Source: a virus. From it: DNA of 64,000 nucleotides. How positions within the stretch are numbered: the stretch's first letter is position 1; every line of letters begins with the position of its first letter. A model generated the notes under the pieces. That model was given only the letters and a program-made list of their open reading frames with translations. It made no database searches and was not told where the DNA came from. Of this stretch, positions 37,582 to 48,227 are shown in pieces. The stretch is taken from positions 63,427-127,426 of IMG/VR virus record IMGVR_UViG_3300018022_000003; one strand, 5' to 3'. The translations under genes were made by a program, and so were the position numbers.

Positions 37582-38358
37582 ATGAGCAAGATACTGCTCT
37601 CTGCTCTCGTGTTCCTGCTTCTCTCCCTGCCTGCCCCTGCCCAGCGCCACGGCGGGCCGGCTGCGGGAGGAAGGTCCCCTTCCCCTGCTGCCGCCCCCAG
37701 GCCGGGCGGAGGGGGTACCCATGCCCAGGCACCTGCCAGGGCGGGAGGGCGCTCCTACGGGCGTCCTGGCGCTCCTGCGGGGCATCCTGGCGAGGCCCAC
37801 GGCAGTATACGGGCACCCGGCCAGTCTTCCTACCATAGCCCCTACCATGCCTCTATCCCAGGGGGACGCTACAGCGCCTACTTCGGGAGGGGGCACCGGT
37901 TCGTCCCCTGGCACGGGTCCCCCTACTTCCATGGCGGACGGGGATGGCACGGGCACCGGGGGTTCCGGTACGGCGGGTTCTACTGGGGGTTCGACATCTG
38001 GCCCTACGGCGTAGGGCCCTGGTGGTGGGGCTACGACGACCCGGTATACATCATAATCGAGGGGGGCTGCTACTATGCCTACGACGACCTGCACCCTGGG
38101 CAGAGGGTAGAGGTGACCCCGCAGCCCGATAGGGAAGAGACAGGCACGGTGGTCATCAGGGGCGGGGCCAGGGGTGACCAGGTCCTCGTGGACAAGGCGC
38201 TTGCCGGGTATATAGGCGAGCTGGGTGCGTTCTCCCTCCCGGCAGGCCCCCATGCCCTTGAGGTCAAGGGCAGGGGGCCGTACTTCGGGGAGGACATAAT
38301 GGTCCTTGCAGGGCACGAGCTTGACATCGACGTGCCGGGCGCTCCGCCCTCCGACTAG
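37582..38358 (+). CDS. secreted Gly/His/Tyr-rich protein with C-terminal PEGA-like domain
   Basis: Signal peptide ending PAPAQ; V.VD....G......L.AG.H..EV..G..Y...I.V.AG PEGA pattern. Confidence 0.7.
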   Translation: MSKILLSALVFLLLSLPAPAQRHGGPAAGGRSPSPAAAPRPGGGGTHAQAPARAGGRSYGRPGAPAGHPGEAHGSIRAPGQSSYHSPYHASIPGGRYSAYFGRGHRFVPWHGSPYFHGGRGWHGHRGFRYGGFYWGFDIWPYGVGPWWWGYDDPVYIIIEGGCYYAYDDLHPGQRVEVTPQPDREETGTVVIRGGARGDQVLVDKALAGYIGELGAFSLPAGPHALEVKGRGPYFGEDIMVLAGHELDIDVPGAPPSD

Positions 38359-38828
38359 CCGTTGATGGGCTGTAGCCCGTGCGGCCACTTCTCGACAGCG
38401 GGGGCATCGGGGGCCTTCTTGCGCCCCGGCTCCTGCTGCTCCAGGGCACGCCGCACGCCGTCCACGGGGAGGCAGAACACCTTGCCGTCCTTCGCACGCT
38501 TCGCCAGGATGGGGAAGCGTGTAGCCTTGGGGCGCATGCCTGTGATGGTGTACCTCTCGAAGCTGAAGGTGATGGTCTTGCCGAGGTCGTCCGCCTGGAG
38601 GTCGTAGAGGGTGGCGTAGCTCTTGAAGTCCTCCGCCTCCTTGCTGTTCACGGTCCCGTCCTGGGACACGGTGCTGCACTCGACCTTGAGGGTGAAGTGC
38701 CCGCCCGAGAACGTCCCCCTCCCCGGCCTGATTACGATTCCGTGCTTGGCCGCTATCGCCTGCAACGCCTCCTCGATGTCCCTGCTGAGGATACGGCACG
38801 ACGTCCTGTCGAAGCCCGTGATAGCCAT
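38355..38828 (-). CDS. conserved phage hypothetical protein
   Basis: GGAGGA RBS; AL..IA.KHGI.I..G.GTF and DLGK motifs. Confidence 0.75.
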   Translation of the reverse strand: MAITGFDRTSCRILSRDIEEALQAIAAKHGIVIRPGRGTFSGGHFTLKVECSTVSQDGTVNSKEAEDFKSYATLYDLQADDLGKTITFSFERYTITGMRPKATRFPILAKRAKDGKVFCLPVDGVRRALEQQEPGRKKAPDAPAVEKWPHGLQPING

Positions 38829-38831
38829 AGG

Positions 38832-39002
38832 TTACCCTTCCTCCTGGTTTAGCATCCGCCTTACCGCCCGGTTCGCCGACACCCCTGCCTTGCCCTGCGG
38901 GTGCTCCTCCAGCGGCCTGCCGCAGACGGCGCATCCGGGGCCCGTATAGGTGGGGTTCTCGGTATAGGGGTGGTTCTCCGGCTTGAAGAAGTCTCTGTCC
39001 AT
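38832..39002 (-). CDS. small CxxC protein, apparently leaderless
   Basis: MDRDFFKPENHPY..CAVCGRP; ATG 7 nt after TATACT. Confidence 0.55.
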   Translation of the reverse strand: MDRDFFKPENHPYTENPTYTGPGCAVCGRPLEEHPQGKAGVSANRAVRRMLNQEEG

Positions 39003-39009
39003 CGGGTAT

Positions 39010-39046
39010 AGTATACACCGTCCTACACGGAGCAGGCAGGGGATTC
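39010..39046 (-). promoter_or_regulatory. GAATCC-N25-TATACT promoter
   Basis: Plus strand AGTATA at 39010-39015 and GGATTC at 39041-39046. Confidence 0.75.
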
Positions 39047-39511
39047 TGCCCGGCTGTAGTAGTTCTTCACCAGGCTCCTCATCGTCTCGTCCACCGACAT
39101 GTGCCAGGAGAGGTACCCGTCCTGCCCCTCCCGGAGCAGCGCCACGAGGCGCTCGGCGTCCCTCAGCATCTCCTCCCTGCGGGCCTTCTCTGCCATCACT
39201 TCCTCCTCCCTGCCCCCCATATCACCAGGGCATTGGGCACCAGCATGGCCAGGAACAGGCCTATGACCGCTAGCCCTGCGCTCACCTGCCCCTCCTCGGG
39301 AAGTCCGCCTCGAAGTCCCGGTCGTTGAGGTCATGGTAAAGCTCCCATACCCGGCAGCCTACCTCCTTCTCCCATCCCAGGGCCTCCCGGTCCGTCTCCA
39401 GCCTGGGCTTCTCCAGCAGCCCCAGCAGGGCCCTGGCGTGCCCGAGCATGGACTCCCTGCGGGTCCCTGGGTGCAGTATCCTCTCGTCCATACCTCCTCC
39501 TAACCGGCAGG

Positions 39512-40102
39512 CTATACCCCCCTGCCCCTGAGCACATGGGAGACGGTGACCGCCAGCAGCAGCAGGTCGTAGGCAAGCCCCCTGCGGCGGCGGTAGCAGC
39601 GGTGCAGGCGCACCTCGTACCCCCTCCCCAGCGAGTTGACCCTCTCCCGCCCCACGAGCTGGGACAGCCCTGTGATGCCGGGGGGCATGTCCAGGCAGTC
39701 GGAGTAGCCGGGCACCGTCCTGGACAGGTGCTCGGCTATGCCGTACTCGTCCGGCCGTGGGCCGACCATGCTCATGTCGCCCACGAGGACGTTCCAGAGC
39801 TGCGGCAGCTCGTCCAGGTGGGTGCGCCGCAGCAGCCACCCCAGCGGGGTCACCCTGGGGTCGCCCCTCTCCACCAGGTCCAGCCTGCGGGCCGAGCCGT
39901 TGCGCATGGTCCGCAGCTTGTACATGGTGAAGGGCCTGCCGTGCCTGCCCATCCGCTTCTGCCTGAACAGGGCGGGCCCGGGGGAGGTCAGGCGCACGGC
40001 GGCGGCCAGGGCGGCAAGGAGCGGGGACACGGCCGCCAGCAGCAGCACGGCCAGGGCCACGTCGAGCGCCCGCTTGGCATGGTAGTACCTGGCGTCCGCC
40101 AC
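39512..40102 (-). CDS. monotopic phosphoglycosyl transferase (bacterial sugar transferase family)
   Basis: KRALDV..F.Q.R.G..G..F..YKLRTM..DPRVT..G..LR.T.LDELPQL.NV..GDMS.VGPRP..PGITG. Confidence 0.92.
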   Translation of the reverse strand: MADARYYHAKRALDVALAVLLLAAVSPLLAALAAAVRLTSPGPALFRQKRMGRHGRPFTMYKLRTMRNGSARRLDLVERGDPRVTPLGWLLRRTHLDELPQLWNVLVGDMSMVGPRPDEYGIAEHLSRTVPGYSDCLDMPPGITGLSQLVGRERVNSLGRGYEVRLHRCYRRRRGLAYDLLLLAVTVSHVLRGRGV

Positions 40103-40113
40103 TATCCCTCCCC

Positions 40114-41569
40114 CTAGCGTGGGTGCGGCCCCCCTGCGCAGTAGCATATGGCCCTGCCGCTCGCCCTCGCCTTCCTCAGGCGCTCCTCCCTGCGGGCCTC
40201 GGCCGCAATCTGGTTCGCCCGGTTCCACATCTGCGCCCAGGATATGCTGACCTCGTGCCTGCACCCCTTGGGGCGCAGCCTCAGCCCCCATGCCTCCACG
40301 TGGGCCACCATCAGGCGCTTCCCCACGAGGAGCGGCGTCTCCAGGCACAGCTTGGTCTTGCGCCTCAGTATGCTGGTCATCGGTACCTTCCCCTCCTTGG
40401 CCCCTGCCCTGCCACGTGCCCTGCGATAGCGCCCATGTTCCCTGCGATGCCCAGGATGGCGGCCACCGCTACGAGGAGCACTGCCGCTACCGCCGACAGG
40501 AGCGCCACCTCCAGCCAGTCTACCGCATACCAGTTCACCATGGCTGCCCTTCCTACTCTATGGTCATCACCACGAGGCCCCTGTCCTCCAGCGACACGGT
40601 GACCACCGTGCCGGGCGGGAGGGGGCCTGCGCAGTGCCATACCGACACGTGGTAGCGCCCCTTGGGGAACTCCATGTCCCTCGTCCATGCCGTCCCCCCG
40701 CCGTCCGTGAGGCATGCCACGGGGGCACGGCTCCTGAGCACCAGGACGGTTGCGTCCTGCGGCCCCTGGTGCTTCCACCACTCGACCTTCACGCCCGCCC
40801 CGCTGTCCTCCATGTGCCCCCAGGACACGAGGCGGTTGCCGTTGCTAGGCATCCTTGCGGTCCCCCGGTGCCTCCCCTGGGAAGTATACCCCCAGGTCCC
40901 TGACCATCTGCACGATTGCCTCGCACATGTCGATGTCGAACCACCCCTCGTCCGGCACGGGCCTGACGGAGTAGCTGCGCAGCTTGCCGGACTCCTTGAG
41001 GCGCTGGAGGCCTGCCGTGAACTCCTGGTAGTCGTCGTAGCTGAGCATGGCCCTGAAGGCCCGCTCCTCGTCCGGCACGGCGACCTTCGCCCTGGAGCCG
41101 AGCAGCATCCTTACCTCGAAGAGGCAGGTGTTGTCGGTCACCCTTATGGCCTCCAGGATAAGCTCGTCCATCCCCTGCCTCCCCCCCGTGAAGGGGAAGC
41201 CTGCCTTGTCGTCCCGCTCCCTCTTGTGCATCCCTGCCCCCCTCAGTACCAGTGCTCCGTCAGCTCGCTGACCAGCTTCCTTATCTCCCCGCCGATGACG
41301 GAGGCGTATGCGGGGGAGATTACCTCCCCCTCGGGGTAGTCCTGCCCGTTCATCAGCCTGTAGAGCCGCTTGATGATGCGGATGGTCGTGGCATCGACGT
41401 GCTCCTCCCACTCCGGCTCGAAGCCGTCGCTGGGCCTGCGCACGTCTATCCATCCCATGCCGTCGCCGATGGTGCCGGTCAGCATGTCCGTCTTCCTGCC
41501 TTCCTCCCTGGGCACGCCGCACCTTACCGTTCCGCATGGTACACAGTTGAACTCGCTATGGGTTTTCAC
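40114..41569 (-). CDS. run of about five small hypothetical genes (40114-40380, 40377-40541, 40553-40852, 40845-41231, 41243-41569)
   Basis: Consecutive RBS-led minus-strand ORFs with overlapping stops and starts. Confidence 0.55.
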
Positions 41570-42113
41570 TGGTCTCCTTCTCCGCCAGCCGGTATGCCCC
41601 CAGGTACCTGTCCCTTACCGACGCATCGACTCCGTATCCCCTCGGCAGCCGGTTCAGCTTTATCAGCTCTACCACGTCCGCAAGGTCCTTCTGCCTTCCC
41701 GAGGACAGCTTGGTGGATACGAGGTCTTCGAGGGTGAGCAGCAGGGGCCTTCCCGATACCTTCGTGGGCATAGGCAGGGAGAACTTCCCCCCCTTGGACA
41801 CCGTGCTCCCCCCTTGCAGGAGGTCTACCGGCACCCTGGTCTCCCTGTCCGTCACGGTCATCCCCGACCCCTGGTTCTTCCTGAACAGCCCGCTCTGCTG
41901 GAGACGCCAGATTGCCTCCGCAGGGTCCGGCACGATGATGTCCACGTCGATGGTCATCCTGGGGTACCCGTGCTCCTGCACGGCGAACCCGCCACAGACG
42001 TAGTGCGGTATGCCCCACCCTGCCAGGACGCCCACGGCCTTCCTCAGGGTCCTGGTCAGGGCGGTCGTGCCCGTCGCCCTCCTCAGGAACTCCGCCTTGA
42101 GGTTCATCGGCAT
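41556..42113 (-). CDS. nucleotidyltransferase (AbiEii/DUF2204-like, Pol-beta superfamily)
   Basis: GGFAV..HG.PR.T.DVD and K..SGRQKDLADV motifs. Confidence 0.8.
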   Translation of the reverse strand: MPMNLKAEFLRRATGTTALTRTLRKAVGVLAGWGIPHYVCGGFAVQEHGYPRMTIDVDIIVPDPAEAIWRLQQSGLFRKNQGSGMTVTDRETRVPVDLLQGGSTVSKGGKFSLPMPTKVSGRPLLLTLEDLVSTKLSSGRQKDLADVVELIKLNRLPRGYGVDASVRDRYLGAYRLAEKETSENP

Positions 42114-43650
42114 GTCATCTCCCACAGGCCCTTCGCCTGCACTGCCCTGATGGTGCGCCTGAGCGCCTCTGCCTCGCTGCGCCCCCTGCGCCGTACCAGC
42201 ACCCCGTGGTAGGGGGCCTTCGGGTCGGGGTGCGGGGTCAGGAGCGCCTCGGCCGCCCACCGCCAGCACCTCCCCCACCTGGCAAGGCGCTCCGTGCTGA
42301 GCGACAGCCGCCTGTCCCCCCTCCGTAGCCGGGCACGCTCCCTCATGTCTCCATCCTTAGCCGCTTCCTCTGGTACTTCCGGTAGCATCCAGGGCAGTCC
42401 TTCTCCGGCTCGAACCTGTCCCGCAGGTAGGGCATCCGCCCCGCTCCCTTGCCGCACAGGGTGGTGCTCTCCCCGAACGGCACCAGGTGCCCCCTTCTGC
42501 CGCCTGTGCTCACCACGGAGTAGCCTTGCAGGTCTACCTCTTCTCCGGCTTCAGCCATTCCCTGTACTCCTGGTCGTACCTCTCGCAGGCCTTGCAGCAG
42601 TAGGGGCTTCCCCCCTTCGCTGTGTTTATGCCGCAGTAGAGGCATACCGGTATTTCCCTCTTCTTGCGCTTCTTCTCACGTGGGTCCCTGTCTCTCATAC
42701 ACTCTCCTGTCAGTGCTTAGCGGTCATACCTGAAGACCAGCGGGACCTTTTCGTCCAGGTGGTACATGGGTCGGTCCAACTTCCTTACCCGGTCCTTTGC
42801 CCCGAGCGGGGGGCCGTCCCCCACAAAGTCCCTCGTGATGCAGTACCCTAGCTGTATCCCGGAGACGTAGGCATGTTGCAGGGCGTTCCTGAACTCTGTC
42901 TCGCTCAGCCTCACCCCCCCGTGCGGGTCAACCTCCTGGCTGTTATAGTAGTCCGAGAAGGCGCTGGGTATGCTCCTTCAGCCCTTTCGCTAGCTTTTTC
43001 ATTGTTCCTCCCGGTAGATGTCGATGAAGGTGGGCTGCGAGGGGGCGTCGGTGCCGCCGCTCCAGCCCAGGGCGTTCGCCATGGCCACTATCCTGGGGAA
43101 GGATGCGGCATGCCGCCTGCCCCTGCCGTCTACCCTGTGCATCAGCGCCAGCGGCAGGGCACGGTGGTCCTTGAACACCATCCTGCCCGTCAGGGAGTTG
43201 TAGGCCACCCATCCTGGGAGCAGCCAGAAGCACTGGTGGGCGCAGACGCCGCTCCCGGGGACCATCTCACGGGCGCACCCGCACACGGCGCAGCAGGGGC
43301 GGCCTACGCCCCGCCGCCCGACCGCCCTTACCGTATAGCGCTGCGACTGGCTCTTCATCGGTCTCCCCTTGCCGTGCCCCTCTTCCTGCGGGGCCCCCTC
43401 TTCCTGTCCAGGCACTTGAGGAGGTCCTCCTCCTCCCATACCATGGACTCCTGGAAGCAGCCCAGGAACCTGACCTCGGCCCTCCCCTTGCCCTTGAAGG
43501 TGTCGCCAATGGCCCTCTGGATGTCGTCGAACTGCGGTATGCTTATCAGCCACTCCCCACGCACCCCGACCAGGAAGTCCTGGGATGCGTCCCCGTCCGT
43601 CAGCGTCACCTTGAATGCCCTTACTGCCATGGGTAATCCCTCCCGCTACT

Positions 43651-43687
43651 ACTATACACCAGGATACACAGGGCGCTGGCGGGATTC
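43651..43687 (-). promoter_or_regulatory. GAATCC-N25-TATAGT promoter
   Basis: Reverse strand GAATCC..CTGTGTATCCTGGTG-TATAGT. Confidence 0.75.
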
Positions 43688-44284
43688 TCTCCGTAGCTGC
43701 CTCCGCAGGTTCCTCCTGGCGCTGGCCACGGCGTCCGCCTTGAAGGGACCTTCCCCCCTGGCGGTATGGTACATGCCGCTGCGGTCGGACCTGGAGGCAT
43801 AGGCATGCCACCACCCGCCCGCAAAGTAGGTGAGGCGCACCCTGTAGGCGCTTATGGAGGTCCTCTCCCTCATGCCGCTGCCTGTGCCGCCCCCTCTTCC
43901 TTCTTCCCGCTCCAGAGCTTGCTCCACTCCCGCTGGCGCTGCACCTCCTGGCGCAGCCCCCTGGCGGAGAAGTGCTCGATGCCCCGGTACTGCCATGCGT
44001 CCCCCAGCGGGATGTGTATCAGGACTGCCGGGCTGAGGCTGTACACCATGTAGATGGCGTGCCCGTCCGCCACGGGGAAGGTGATTGTCTCCCCCTTGCA
44101 GTCGCCGCTGCCGTGCTCCGTGCAGTACTGCCGGAGCTTTCCTATGTACTCCGCCTCGGTCCTCTGCCATGCCTTCCAGTCGAAGTGCTCGAAGTCCATC
44201 TCCGGGACGGGCAGTTCCCTGGGCGGTCCGTAAACCTTGGCCATTCTGCTTCCCTCCTCCTGCCTGGTATTGTCTTCCAGGCAT

Positions 44285-44320
44285 AGTATACACCGTCCTA
44301 CACGGGGCAGGCGGGGATTC
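44285..44320 (-). promoter_or_regulatory. GAATCC-N24-TATACT promoter
   Basis: Near-duplicate of the 39010 site (CCGTGTAGGACGGTGTATACTAT). Confidence 0.75.
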
Positions 44321-45396
44321 TACGTCACATCCTGGGGCCCAGCATCTCTCCCAGCCTTTCCTTGTAGCGCTCGAAGCGGAAGGACTCCCTCGCCCACCGC
44401 CTTATCCAGGCAGGGGCCATCCTCCAGGCGGTCCGAGGGTTCCTTGGGAACAGCCTTCTCTTCCTCATGGCTCTACTATACCTTGGTCTTCGGCGGGCGG
44501 GGGGTAATACCGGTCTAGTTCATGGTGTTCAGGAGTTCCAGGGCCTTCCTGCGCCTCTCGTCCCCGTGGGGGATGCGGGCCCTGGCCCCCCTTGGGGTAC
44601 GGCATGGCAGGCCAGCAGCCTGCCCGCACTTGGGGCATTCTGAGAAGCGGGTACTGTCCGTGAACAGCCAGCCCGAGAACAGGGCGGCCGTGACCGGCAG
44701 GTCCAGGCTGGTCGGGTCGGGGTCTAGCCCCCTCCAGTCGTCGTCAAGGGGCTGCGGAGTGCCGTCCAGGAGGAAAGCAGCAAGGGAGGACATACGCATC
44801 TTTGACGGCTTCGATACCTGCCAGTTGGGGGGCCTCGTCTCCGGGCTGCTGAGGTGGCCCCACCATACGGCAAGCTCCCTCCCAGCCCTCATGCGCCTCC
44901 CGATGATGGTCTTTACCCCGTCATGGATGCCAACAAGCTGCGCCCCGTCCCGGAGCCTCCAGCTCCACTCCTCGTGGGCCGGGGCCCAGACAGGGAACAG
45001 GTCAGGGATACTGAGCCAGAGCCGAACCTCTGCGAAGCCCTCCGTTGTCACCCTGACATGGGCGGGGTCTACGATGTTCAGCCCCTCATCCCTTCCTTCT
45101 CTGTAGGCATCCCACAGGTGGTCCATTCGCCATTCTTCTAGCTTCTTCTCTATGGGGACAATAAGGCCTTTCTGTCTTAGTGATTCGAGCTTGGCGGGAG
45201 AAAGCGGCATAGGGGCTACGCCTTGTTGCAGACGACCGCCATGAACTTGCGCCAGTCCGCCAGGGTACGGGGGGACTTCCGGTAGACGTCCTCCGCTGCT
45301 GTGACCTTGCGGACGGCTTCCTTTTTGGCGGCGGCTAGCTTTGTGGCGGCTTCCTTTTTGGTCTGCTTTGCCATGGGTGTTTTTCCCTCCACCTAT

Positions 45397-45432
45397 ATAA
45401 TACACCGGAAAGCCTCTTTCCGGGAGGGATTC
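45397..45432 (-). promoter_or_regulatory. GAATCC-N24-TATTAT promoter
   Basis: Followed by TAGGTGGAGGGAAAA, as at the Ku promoter. Confidence 0.7.
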
Positions 45433-48162
45433 TACACGTAGATACATATTTCTACATGTTTTTCTTGGCAGGCTTATCCCGCTTCTTATCAGGCACTTCC
45501 GCTTCCGGCCGCCTGTAGCACTTCGGGCAGCGCTCCAGCTTTGCGATGCTGTTCCCGCACCCTGGGCAGACGCTCCCTATCGAGTATGCCATCACTGCCT
45601 CCCTCTGCATGGGTCCCTCGGGGGCACCATGCCCCCCCTCTCGCATACGTCATGGAGGTACAGCACCCTGTGCCTGGCCCCCCGCCTGCCCACCAGGGTT
45701 ATCCCCCGGCGTGGGACGCCGGCCCCGTAGAGCCTGTTGCAAGGGGGCCTTCCACGCAGCAGGTGGCCCACTACCACCTGCCTGCACCTGGTGCATAGCC
45801 CCAGGAAGTACGGTACCCTCTTCATGGCAGCGCTCCCTCTAGTCATACCAGCACCTTGCATAGCGCTTCCCTACCTCGAACTCGTCGGCCCTCCCGAAGG
45901 CCTCCCTGAACGCCTTCCCCTCCCTGGTGCCGACCCTCCCCTCCTTCTCCAGCCCCTCGATGGTAAGGCGGACGTCGCCCCTGTCGGGGGAGACAGCGTA
46001 GCCGTGCGCCGTCCAGGAGGGGTGCTTGCGCATGAACCCCAGGAAGGCGGCGTTGCCGGGGCAGTTGTTCCAGGGTCCCTCTGAGGCGACCCCCAGGCGG
46101 GTCAGCCTCTCCAGCGCCCTCAGGCTCAGCCCCTTGAAGTTCCGGGTGCCGCCGCAGGGGAACCCGCTGGGGCTGGAGCCGAAGCGCTCCTTCCAGTAGG
46201 CGTCGGACTTGGCGAAGAAGGGGGCGAGTATCAGGTCCCTCTTGTCGTATACCCCGTTGCCCAGGGCCTTCCTCACCTGCCTGTCCAGGGCGATGTCCCA
46301 GAACGGCATCGCCCGGACCAGCCTCTCCGTCCTCGGGCTGTTGAACCGGTAGGTGTCCATGTCGGGCAGGGCCAGGGGGCCGTCGGAGTTGCCGGGGGTC
46401 GTCATCACGCAGCGCTCGCACTGGCGCATGCACCACTTGTTCATCTTCTCCCCGGTCCTGGGCCTCCAGTCGGGCTTGCCGTGCCCCCCCTCGTAGGTGC
46501 CGAGGTCCGTAGGGGCCTTTCCCAGGAGGCGGTCCGGGATATAGGCGTGGTTGTCGGGGTCTACCTCCTCGTCCCTCTTGAGGAACGGGAGCGTCCCCTC
46601 CTCTATCTCCTGCATGTCGCTGGTACTGGTGCCGATGCCCACCAGGCTCCCCCCTGCGTCGAAGTACACACGGGGGCGGCACTGGATGCCCCATGCCTTG
46701 CGGCAGTCGTTGTCGCACCCCACCCTTGCGCCCTGTGCGAAGTACACGATGCGCTTCTCAATCATGCCACGGCCTCCCATGCCAGCTTTAGCAGCGTGCG
46801 TTCCACCAGTCCCAGATGCCCTTGCCGTAGATGGCCTCCAGGACGGCCTCGAAGCACCAGTGTGCCTGGTCGTCGTCGTCCTTCCCCTCGGCATGCGCCT
46901 CGACTATCTCCTTCGCCAGGCGCACGACGCCGTCGAAGCTCGGGCTGGCAAGCGCCTCCGGGGGCGCACTGGCCTCCTTCTGCCGCCGCTCCAGCTCGGC
47001 CTTCAGCTCCTCGTCGCTTACCCCCCTCAGCCTGCTTGCCATGCGTATCCCTCCGTTTCAGGGGAGGAGCAGGCCAGGCGCTTACAGCCCCGCCAGCCCC
47101 TCCCGGATTCTCAGCGCCAGAACGGCGCACTTGCCGGCCTCCTGCCTGTTGAACTCTACCTGGACGGTGCTCCACCCCCCTGCCTCTATCCGCCCGTTCC
47201 ACTCCTCCAGGTCCAGCGAGAGCCTCTCCAGCTTCCCTGCCGTCTCCTCCATCAAGGCCTTCATGTTCATGCTGTATCCTCCGTATGCCTCCGCTCAGCC
47301 TCCTGCTCGGCAAGCCGTGCCATCGCCCGTTGCTCGCCGCCACAGGTCCAGCTCGTCCAGCAGGCCCGGCAGCTCGGGAGGAACACCTTCTCCATCGGTG
47401 CGCCTGGGGCCGCACTCGAAGCAGCAGTGGGCGCACTGGTAGCAGCACCTTGTGGTCAGGCGGACCGTGATGACACGCCCCTCCGGGGTCTTCTTACCCA
47501 CTCTTGTCCCCCTGCCACATCTCCTCCGTGTGCCCGCACTCCCTGCACTGCCAGGAGTCGCCCATCACGTCGTGGACCTCCTCCATCCTCTTGCCGCACC
47601 CTGGACAGACGCCAAAGCGGGCGTCCGCCTCCTTGAGTAGCTGCCGCAGGGCCTTACTGACCCTGTATACCCTTTCCTCGGGCTTCTTCTTCCTCCTGGG
47701 GGCCTGGAGGCGGGCCACCACCTCGACATAGACGTCCCCGCTGTCAATGCCCAGAGCCTTTGCCACCCCCCCGCCTACCAGGAGGTCCAGCTTCCCCTGG
47801 CGCAGGGGGACATATCCCTTGTAGCTGAACCGCTTCACTGCCCCTCCAGTGCCTTGATTTTCTCGGGGTCCGCCGCCCTGGCTATGGCTATGAGGTCGGC
47901 CAGGTTGACGTTCAGCAGGCCGGAGGCCCCCTTCACGATAGTCAGGAAGAGGTTGTATCCCCCTACCATGTTGGGGGTCATGCTGGCGTCGCTCAAGCGG
48001 AGGTGGGGCACGCAGCCGTTGTCCAGGCCGTGCCCGTGGACGCACCCGAACACCCCCTGCTTGTCCGGGGTGCGCATGTCGGGCCAGCAGTCCTTGGTTA
48101 TCTCCACCAGGGCCTCGTGAAGGTCGGCGAGCCTGCTCATCGGGGTTGGTCCCTCCGCTATA

Positions 48163-48199
48163 AGAATACACCGGGCGGGCCTGCCTTCCCCTGGGATTC
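48163..48199 (-). promoter_or_regulatory. GAATCC-N25-TATTCT promoter, divergent from terminase
   Basis: Reverse strand GAATCC..CCGGTG-TATTCT then GGAGG RBS. Confidence 0.7.
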
Positions 48200-48227
48200 C
48201 TCTATTGCTCTCTCATATAGGAGGGGT

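Larger units (their letters stand above)
42104..48140 (-). other. cluster of about 18 small, probably early hypothetical genes (e.g. 43355-43630, 43870-44244, 44515-45210, 45839-46765, 46788-47042, 47082-47270, 47835-48140)
   Basis: Dense minus-strand ORFs with RBSs, punctuated by four GAATCC promoters. Confidence 0.65.
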
